Below, one piece after another: positions 24,045 to 29,885 of a stretch of 29,885 bases of DNA (position 1 is its first letter; every line of letters begins with the position of its first letter). Position numbers and translations under genes: made by a program. The notes beneath the pieces are model-generated. The model was not told the DNA's origin. It did not search any database and was given only the letters and a program-made list of their open reading frames with translations. The stretch comes from an uncultured Dehalococcoidaceae bacterium (GTDB lineage Bacteria > Chloroflexota > Dehalococcoidia > Dehalococcoidales > RBG-16-60-22), in assembly GCA_964503235.1 (NCBI GenBank), contig CAZCZJ010000013.1:1-29885 (forward strand), written 5' to 3'.

Positions 24045-25313
24045 ATGGGACTGGAACAATATAAAGGCGATATGGAGATGTGCTGCCGGTGTTCCGCCTG
24101 CAAATTTATACCCATGCAGAGGGTAAAGGGAAATCAGTATGCATATGCGTGTCCCAGCATATCAAGATATAATTTCCACGCCTACTCGGGCGGTGGTAGA
24201 TTAAATATCGGCGCGGCGATGTTGAAGGACGGGATGAAGTACACGGATAAACTACTTGATATCGTTTATAACTGCCAGTTGTGCGGCGCCTGTGGGGTCT
24301 CCTGTAATTATGCCATGGACATGGAAGTCCTCGAGCCCATCAGCGAATTCAGGATAAAATGTGTCGAGGATGGGAAAACCAATCCCGCCCTCGATAAGGT
24401 AATCGCCAACCTTAGAAAACAGGGCTCTATGGTAATCGGTGCTAGGGGTAAACGCGGCGCCTGGGCTGCCGGACTGAATATCAAGGATGCCACTAAAGAG
24501 AAGGTGGATGTCCTCTATCATGTCGGCTGCCTGACCAGCTATGACAAGAATATGCAGAAAATGGCTAAAGCTACTGTAAAAATATTGCAGAAAGCTGGTA
24601 TCAATTTCGGCATTGCCGGCGACGCCGAGACATGCTGCGGCGGCCGGGCCTACCAGATGGGCTACACCAAAGACTTCCTCAACCAGGCCAAGAAAAACAT
24701 GGCCATGATCAAAAAATCCGGTGCCAAGACGGTGGTAACAAGCTGCGCCGATGGTTACCAGGCTTTTAAGGTCCTCTATGACAGGTTCAACCTGAAAGGC
24801 GACCTCAAAGTGCTGCATATCTCGGAATACATCGATAAACTGATAAGAGACGGCAAGCTGAAACCGCGAAAGAAAGTCGATATGGCGGTCACCTACCATG
24901 ACCCGTGCCGTCTCGGTAGACTGGGTGAGCCGTGGGTACACTGGGAAGGTAAAAAGATTCCGGGCGACCGGTTTGTTTTCGACCCGCCCAAGCCATACCG
25001 ACGCGGCACCAACGGCGTTTACGAACCGCCCCGTGATGTTCTCAAGAGCATTCCCGGTGTAAAACTCACGGAAATGACCAGGATTAAGGAATACTCCTGG
25101 TGCTGCGGGGCCGGTGGCGGTGTCAATGATTCCAATCCCGAGTTTGCCAAGTGGACTGCCCAGGATAGAATAGAGGAAGCTATTTCTACCGGTGCCGAGG
25201 CGCTCGTTACCGCCTGTCCCTGGTGTGAAAAGAATTTTACCGAAGCTATCAAGGATAGTGGTAGTAATCTTAAAGTATACGATATCGTTGAACTCGTGGA
25301 AAAGGCAATATAG
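24045..25313 (+). CDS. Fe-S binding protein with two CCG domains (HdrD/GlcF-like)
   Basis: Ferredoxin-like Cys motifs CCRCSACKF and CQLCGACGVSC. CCG signatures CCGGRAYQ and CCGAGGG. AGGAGG lies 8 nt upstream. Confidence 0.85.
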   Translation: MGLEQYKGDMEMCCRCSACKFIPMQRVKGNQYAYACPSISRYNFHAYSGGGRLNIGAAMLKDGMKYTDKLLDIVYNCQLCGACGVSCNYAMDMEVLEPISEFRIKCVEDGKTNPALDKVIANLRKQGSMVIGARGKRGAWAAGLNIKDATKEKVDVLYHVGCLTSYDKNMQKMAKATVKILQKAGINFGIAGDAETCCGGRAYQMGYTKDFLNQAKKNMAMIKKSGAKTVVTSCADGYQAFKVLYDRFNLKGDLKVLHISEYIDKLIRDGKLKPRKKVDMAVTYHDPCRLGRLGEPWVHWEGKKIPGDRFVFDPPKPYRRGTNGVYEPPRDVLKSIPGVKLTEMTRIKEYSWCCGAGGGVNDSNPEFAKWTAQDRIEEAISTGAEALVTACPWCEKNFTEAIKDSGSNLKVYDIVELVEKAI

Positions 25314-25331
25314 GAAAGGGGGTAATGAATC

Positions 25332-26801
25332 ATGGCTTTAAGCAAAGAGGTATATAAGGAATTCGAATGTGTGGTGGGCGAGGAGAATATCTGTGATGAC
25401 CCGGCCATAATGCCGGCGTATTACAATAACAAATTCGCCGCCGTAATTCTTCCGGGGAATACCGCCGAGGTTCAGGCGGTAGTCAAGCTATGCAACAAAC
25501 ACAAGTTGGTATTCAGACCCATATGTACTGGCTGGTCAGGGATGTTTCCCCCGGATATTATCCTGTTAGACCTGAGAAGGATGAACCACATAATTGAAAT
25601 CAACGAGAAAAATATGTACGCCGTGGTTGAGCCGTACGTAATCTCGTCACAGCTGCAGGCCGAGTTGTTCAAAAGGGGCCTTAACTTCTGCATCAAGGGT
25701 GCCGGGACTAACTGCACGGCGATGCTCAGGGGCCACGGACATATGGACCAGACCACCAGCGGTGACGACCGAAACCACCTGGCTATAGAATGGATCACTC
25801 CCGAAGGGGACATCGTCAGGTCGGGCGCACTTGGCTCTTCGGATGAGTGGTTCTGCGGCGACGGGCCGGGTCCGTCTATCAGGAGCATACTTACCAGTGC
25901 CGTGCCGCCGGGCGTCACACCGGGAGTATTTACCAAGGCCGCAGTAAAGCTTTACCACTGGCCGGGGCCTTCAGCCTATCCCATAGAAGGGGTATCACCG
26001 AATTATGCCCTGAGTGAGATACCGCCGAACATGATGGCGCGGTATTACAGCTTCCCATCGGTGGAGAAGATGTGGCAGGCGGAGCTAGCTATCGGTGAAA
26101 GTGAGATATCGTTCGAGCTGATGGGTTTTAATATTTCGATGGTAGCCGCGAATATCACCACCAGCAATGAAGAAGAAGAGGAGACTTTCAACCGTCTGAG
26201 CAAGGAAGTGATAGGACCCGGCTTCTTCGTCATAATAGCGGGCAACTCGGCGGCTGACTTTGCCTACAAGAAGAAGGTACTGGAGAAGATTGTCAGCGAA
26301 GCTGACGGCAAGTCGTTGAAAGCAGCCGAAGACCCCAGAATCGAAGGCATTCTGATGTGTCAGTGCACGAGAATCTCCGCCTCTATCAGAGAGACATTCC
26401 GTAATGGCGGAGCCTTCAACTCAATCCCGATAATGGGCCAGAGAGACCTGACTATCAAGTGGGCGATAGGGGCTGGTAAAGCCAAGGAGCCCTTGATTGA
26501 AAAGGGCTATATCGTGGATGATGGCGGAGCCTTTTTCGGATGGGGAGTCGAGCAGGGACATCTGGGTAAAACGGAGATATTCTGCAAATTCGACCCTCAA
26601 AATGCCGAAGCCAAGGCTGCCGTAGAAGCCTGGCAGAAACAGGAAAACCTGAGGGCTTTCAAGGAGCGCTACTTTGCATCTACAATGGGTCCGCAGGATG
26701 AAATCGGGCCGGCTCTCTGCAATTACAACCAGTGGTGGAGTAAGCTGGTGAAAGCACTTGATCCTAACGGGGTATCACCCGAGGGTGGTGCACTCGTCTA
26801 G
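25332..26801 (+). CDS. FAD-binding oxidoreductase, second PCMH-type subunit (GlcD/GlcE-like, divergent)
   Basis: 489 aa. VILPGNTAEVQAVVKLCNKHKL...ILLDLRRMNHII...EPYVISSQL fits the FAD_binding_4 N-terminal domain. Confidence 0.75.
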   Translation: MALSKEVYKEFECVVGEENICDDPAIMPAYYNNKFAAVILPGNTAEVQAVVKLCNKHKLVFRPICTGWSGMFPPDIILLDLRRMNHIIEINEKNMYAVVEPYVISSQLQAELFKRGLNFCIKGAGTNCTAMLRGHGHMDQTTSGDDRNHLAIEWITPEGDIVRSGALGSSDEWFCGDGPGPSIRSILTSAVPPGVTPGVFTKAAVKLYHWPGPSAYPIEGVSPNYALSEIPPNMMARYYSFPSVEKMWQAELAIGESEISFELMGFNISMVAANITTSNEEEEETFNRLSKEVIGPGFFVIIAGNSAADFAYKKKVLEKIVSEADGKSLKAAEDPRIEGILMCQCTRISASIRETFRNGGAFNSIPIMGQRDLTIKWAIGAGKAKEPLIEKGYIVDDGGAFFGWGVEQGHLGKTEIFCKFDPQNAEAKAAVEAWQKQENLRAFKERYFASTMGPQDEIGPALCNYNQWWSKLVKALDPNGVSPEGGALV

Positions 26802-26843
26802 TTCCTGCATAGGGAATCACCCTCGATAATAAGTAAACAACAG

Positions 26844-26880
26844 CACCTCCAGGTTATACGACCCGGGGGTGTTGTTTTTT
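26844..26880 (+). terminator. Rho-independent terminator of the FAD/FeS/FAD operon
   Basis: CACCTCC (26844-26850), 14 nt loop, GGGGGTG (26865-26871). This gives 7 bp including one G-U, followed by TTGTTTTTT. Confidence 0.6.
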
Positions 26881-26999
26881 ATCTTGTATTGCCTGATAAA
26901 ACTCCAGATAAAACCAAAATCCACTTTCATGCCATACCCCGATGAGATATTTGTCATATACATAATTAAATATTTCCATTATTCTCTATAGTGAAAATA

Positions 27000-27008
27000 T
27001 GTTATGCT
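27000..27008 (+). promoter_or_regulatory. Extended -10 element candidate for the tusA operon
   Basis: TGtTATGCT lies 27 nt upstream of ATG 27035. No convincing -35. Confidence 0.3.
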
Positions 27009-27034
27009 AAATCCACTTTTTGGAGGCATCAGTT

Positions 27035-27259
27035 ATGGCTGAGATAAAAGTTGAGTGCATCGGGGAAACCTGCCCGGTTCCGCTGGTAGAGACCCGTAAA
27101 GCTCTCCGGAAGGCTCAGGAAGGTGACATAGTTGAAGTTATCGGTACGCATCCTTCCTCCAAGAAAGAAATACCGATGGCGGTAAAAGCCATGGGACTGG
27201 AATTACTGGATGTAAAAGAGGAAAAGGACGGGACTTGGAAAATCAGGATACGCCGGTAA
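27035..27259 (+). CDS. tusA: TusA/SirA-family sulfur carrier protein
   Basis: CIGETCPVPLVETRKAL matches the CxxxxCPxP TusA motif. Start moved to ATG 27035, which has GGAGG 8 nt upstream. The ORF track begins at TTG 27020. Confidence 0.85.
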   Translation: MAEIKVECIGETCPVPLVETRKALRKAQEGDIVEVIGTHPSSKKEIPMAVKAMGLELLDVKEEKDGTWKIRIRR

Positions 27260-27274
27260 ACGGAGGTAACAGCC

Positions 27275-27694
27275 ATGGGAAATAAAGCGGCAATTATAGT
27301 TCACAGCGGTGATATGGATAAACTTTACAGTGCCCTTATCCTGGGCAACGGCGCCCTGGCAATGGGTATGGACGTCTACCTTTTCTTTACCTTCTGGGGG
27401 CTGCAACGTCTCAAGAAGGGCGGACTGGAAAAGGGACCGCTTTCCAAGATGAACATGTTCGGTCTGGGGAAGTGGATGATAAAGCGAAAAATGAAACAGG
27501 CAAAAGTAGCCTCGCTGGAAAGGATGTTTCAGGATTTCAAGGAACTCGGCGGGAACGTTCTTGCCTGTGACATGACGATGGATATCATGGGTGTCAAGAA
27601 GGAAGACCTGCGTGACGACTTGATATCGGATTATTGTGGAGTGGGCACTTACATGGATGTGGCTAAGGACGCATCGGTAACCCTGTTTATATAG
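27275..27694 (+). CDS. DsrE/DsrF-like sulfur-relay family protein (DsrE2/COG2210-type)
   Basis: 139 aa. AAIIVHSGDMDKLYSALILGNGALAMG...YLFFTFWGL...LACDMTMD is typical of the DsrE_2 family. Lies immediately downstream of tusA. Confidence 0.75.
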   Translation: MGNKAAIIVHSGDMDKLYSALILGNGALAMGMDVYLFFTFWGLQRLKKGGLEKGPLSKMNMFGLGKWMIKRKMKQAKVASLERMFQDFKELGGNVLACDMTMDIMGVKKEDLRDDLISDYCGVGTYMDVAKDASVTLFI

Positions 27695-27706
27695 CGGGAG
27701 GAAACA

Positions 27707-28891
27707 ATGCAGGAAAAACGTGTATACCTGGATAATGCTGCGTCTACCCGACTTGATGAGCGGGTGCTGGAAGCGATGACACCGTATTTCTTCGATACCT
27801 ACGCGGTGGCTACTTCCGAGTTCGCCTATACACAGGGTATAGAAGCCCGCGAAACCCTGGACGAAACCCGGGGAAAGCTGGCTAAAGCGCTGGGCGCCGA
27901 GCCGGAGGAGTTCGTTTTCACCTCGGGCAGCACCGAATCGTCGAATATGGCTCTCAAAGGCGTTGCCCTTGCCCTGGGCAAGAAGAAAGGAAAACATATC
28001 ATTGTATCCAAGATAGAAGATTTTCCCGTTCTCCAGAGCGCCGAAGCCCTGGAAAGAGAGGGGTTCCAGGTTACCTATCTCGATGTTGACGGTGACGGAC
28101 TGGTTAATCTTGACCAGCTTAAAGAGTCCATTACCGATGAGACAATCCTGGTTTCCATCCAGCATGCCAACCAGGAAATCGGCACCATCCAGGATATTGC
28201 CGGCATCGGCGCTGTCTGCCGGGAGAAGGGTGTTCTGTTCCATACCGATGCCACGCATACCTTCGGTCGTGTTCCACTGAATATGAAGAAGATACCGGTG
28301 GACTTGGTCACCGTGTCAGCCCATACTATCCACGGACCCAAGGGCATCGGCGGGCTTTACGTACGCAAGGGGACACCGTTAACCAAGTGGATGGATGGCG
28401 GTTTCCAGGAGTTTGACCTCCGTGCTGGACTGGAAAATATTCCGGGGGCGGTCGGATTCGCTAAAGCAGTAGAACTCATCACGCCAGAAGAAAACAAGCT
28501 CTTGCGGGCGATGCGTAACCACGCCATCAGCCGCATATTAAAAGAAATCCCGGACACAACGCTTAACGGCCACCGCCGCAAAAGGTTGCCGCATAACGTA
28601 AACATTTCCTTCCACTTCGTCGAAGGTGAATCGATAACGCTGCACCTGGATATACATGGCTTTGCCGTCAGCACCGGCTCCGCCTGTTTCAGTCGTTCTC
28701 TCCAGGGCAGCCACGTTATCTACGGTATCGGCGGCGACCACGAAAGAGCCCACGGCTCGATACGTATTACCCTGGGACGCTACAATACCATGGAAGAGGT
28801 GGATGCCGTGGTGGATACATTGGCTGAGGTTATCAGCGAGTTGAGGAAAATCAGCCCGCTGGGTAAAGAAAAATATGGTGAGGAGGTTTGA
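27707..28891 (+). CDS. Class V aminotransferase-fold cysteine desulfurase homologue (IscS/NifS-like) lacking the PLP-binding lysine
   Basis: VYLDNAAST, HANQEIGTIQDI and HTDATHTFG are present, and the active-site loop STGSACFS has Cys327 (28685-28687). The canonical S-x-H-K motif reads SAHT here, with ACT (Thr207) at 28325-28327. Confidence 0.85.
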   Translation: MQEKRVYLDNAASTRLDERVLEAMTPYFFDTYAVATSEFAYTQGIEARETLDETRGKLAKALGAEPEEFVFTSGSTESSNMALKGVALALGKKKGKHIIVSKIEDFPVLQSAEALEREGFQVTYLDVDGDGLVNLDQLKESITDETILVSIQHANQEIGTIQDIAGIGAVCREKGVLFHTDATHTFGRVPLNMKKIPVDLVTVSAHTIHGPKGIGGLYVRKGTPLTKWMDGGFQEFDLRAGLENIPGAVGFAKAVELITPEENKLLRAMRNHAISRILKEIPDTTLNGHRRKRLPHNVNISFHFVEGESITLHLDIHGFAVSTGSACFSRSLQGSHVIYGIGGDHERAHGSIRITLGRYNTMEEVDAVVDTLAEVISELRKISPLGKEKYGEEV

Positions 28892-28892
28892 T

Positions 28893-29528
28893 ATGAAATT
28901 TCCCTATAGTGAGACCGTACTGGAGCATTTTCGCCATCCCCATAACGTGGGGGAAATAGAAAATCCCGATGGAAAATCGATGGAAGGCAGCCCCGCCTGT
29001 GGCGATATGGTTGCCGTATATATCAAGGTAGCCCCGGATAAAAAAACGATAGAGGACATCAAGTTTGAATCTTACGGCTGCGCCTCAAATATTGCTACCG
29101 GCTCTATTATTACCGAGCTGGCCAAGGGGAAAACACTTGACGAGGCCAAGAAAATAACCTGGAAAGAAGCTTCGGACGCGCTGGGTGGACTCCCTAAAAT
29201 CAAGGCGCACTGCTCGGTGCTGGCTATCGAAGGTCTGCGGTCGGCGATTCAAAACTACGAAGAAAAGCACGGACTAATCAAGAAAAGGGAACCCACCACG
29301 GTGGAAACTGTACGTAAACGCTTGCGGAAGGTGATGAATCCGCTAGCCGGCCTGGACCTGGTGCGTACCAATCTGGTGAAGGACATTGAATTGAAAGACG
29401 GCACTGTCCGGGTGGCTATAGATTTGCCCAAGAACCACCAGTTTGCGGCGGCGATAAAAGAAGAGATAGACGAGAAGATAGAACCTCTGTGGGATGTCAA
29501 AGAAGTGATAGTCGATTTTACGGAATAG
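28893..29528 (+). CDS. iscU: IscU/NifU-type Fe-S scaffold fused to a C-terminal DUF59/MIP18-like domain
   Basis: IscU motifs PACGDMV, YGCASNIA and AHCSVLA are present. The C-terminal 80 aa (RKRLRKVMNPLAGLDLVRTNLVKDIELKDGTVRVAIDLP) fit the DUF59 pattern. Start moved to ATG 28893, which has GAGGAGG 6 nt upstream. Confidence 0.8.
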   Translation: MKFPYSETVLEHFRHPHNVGEIENPDGKSMEGSPACGDMVAVYIKVAPDKKTIEDIKFESYGCASNIATGSIITELAKGKTLDEAKKITWKEASDALGGLPKIKAHCSVLAIEGLRSAIQNYEEKHGLIKKREPTTVETVRKRLRKVMNPLAGLDLVRTNLVKDIELKDGTVRVAIDLPKNHQFAAAIKEEIDEKIEPLWDVKEVIVDFTE

Positions 29529-29775
29529 TGGCCAATTCTCCTCAATTGACAACTGAGTTCCTCTTAATATCCTGAGATTCTATTATTACTTCATGTTTTC
29601 ACGCCTAGCCTTTAAACGTAATAACTGATGCACTTTTTTATCAGTATTAGACAATAAAGGCTTATTCGACAGGTTATTTGCGCAAGTTTGCTTCGATGAA
29701 CCAGTATTAGATTGGGATTTTAAGTATAATTTTCGATTCAATGTTATACTGATATGCAACGGAGGATTGAGTAAA

Positions 29776-29885
29776 ATGTCAGATAATATAAAAATCCCGT
29801 TTAAAATCCCAGTTAAACCCATTCCGACAGAAGATATCAAAGAGACTTTTAATACCGATGTCGTGGTAGCAGGTGCGGGGACATC
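29776..29885 (+). CDS. FAD-dependent oxidoreductase, N-terminal 36 codons only (runs off the window)
   Basis: GGAGGA lies 9 nt upstream of ATG 29776. Translation MSDNIKIPFKIPVKPIPTEDIKETFNTDVVVAGAGT ends in the start of a GxGxxG dinucleotide-binding motif. Not in the ORF track. Confidence 0.5.
   Translation, partial: MSDNIKIPFKIPVKPIPTEDIKETFNTDVVVAGAGT

Noticed and set aside
24252-24941. 229 aa minus-strand ORF, and similar antisense ORFs (for example 17010..17576, 25472..25936, 3065..3574, 61..417)
   Set aside because: All lie inside, and antisense or out of frame to, genes with clear family motifs. None has an SD or a recognisable domain.
26917-27019. 11 nt direct repeat AAATCCACTTT (26917-26927 and 27009-27019) upstream of tusA, and CAGTATTAGA repeated in the right-end spacer around 29640-29715
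   Set aside because: These are short, AT-rich two-copy matches that could arise by chance. No palindromic or promoter-relative geometry supports them.
27203-28258. 351 aa minus-strand ORF
   Set aside because: It is antisense to the dsrE-like and iscS-like genes, both of which have clear homology signatures and SD sites. It is a shadow ORF.
29586-29840. 84 aa minus-strand ORF at the right edge
   Set aside because: It lies in an AT-rich spacer and has a low-complexity product. It overlaps the SD and start of a much more convincing plus-strand FAD-oxidoreductase gene (ATG 29776).
1-29885. tRNA, rRNA, tmRNA, CRISPR arrays, intact IS elements or transposases
   Set aside because: I found no T-arm/acceptor-like motifs, no regularly spaced direct repeats and no transposase-like ORFs on either strand. 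The only mobile-element trace is the recombinase remnant at 2387..2668.

Overview
This is a 29.9 kb gene-dense window from what looks like an anaerobic bacterium. The gene content and a serine-recombinase remnant recall Chloroflexota/Dehalococcoidia-type genomes, but taxonomy cannot be proven from sequence alone.

Contents from left to right:
1. A minus-strand metal-uptake operon: Fur-family regulator, lgt, ZnuA/TroA-like lipoprotein, and the start of an ABC ATPase. It carries two Fur-type palindromes.
2. A 3' remnant of a large serine recombinase.
3. A minus-strand operon: cytoplasmic molybdopterin oxidoreductase, 4Fe-4S subunit, and a GrdB/PrdB-family selenoprotein. The selenoprotein is split in the ORF track by an in-frame TGA at 3469-3471.
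4. A two-gene module set off by 682 bp and 457 bp AT-rich spacers. It encodes a TIR / transmembrane / 7x LVIVD-propeller protein and a ribokinase-like / AAA+ / tandem-RyR protein. I consider this the best candidate for an undescribed defence or signalling system.
5. A tungsten-type aldehyde:ferredoxin oxidoreductase, a second cytoplasmic molybdopterin oxidoreductase, and a pyrogallol-transhydroxylase (AthL)-like large subunit with no small subunit.
6. An ABC-2 exporter pair, an amidohydrolase-2-type decarboxylase/hydrolase, and a FAD / HdrD-like FeS / FAD three-gene oxidoreductase.
7. A tusA, dsrE-like, iscS-like, iscU-DUF59 cluster. The cysteine desulfurase homologue has Thr in place of the PLP-binding Lys.
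8. The first 36 codons of an FAD-dependent oxidoreductase.

I saw no rRNA, tRNA, CRISPR array or intact IS element. All family assignments come from motif recognition by eye and from memory, not from database searches.
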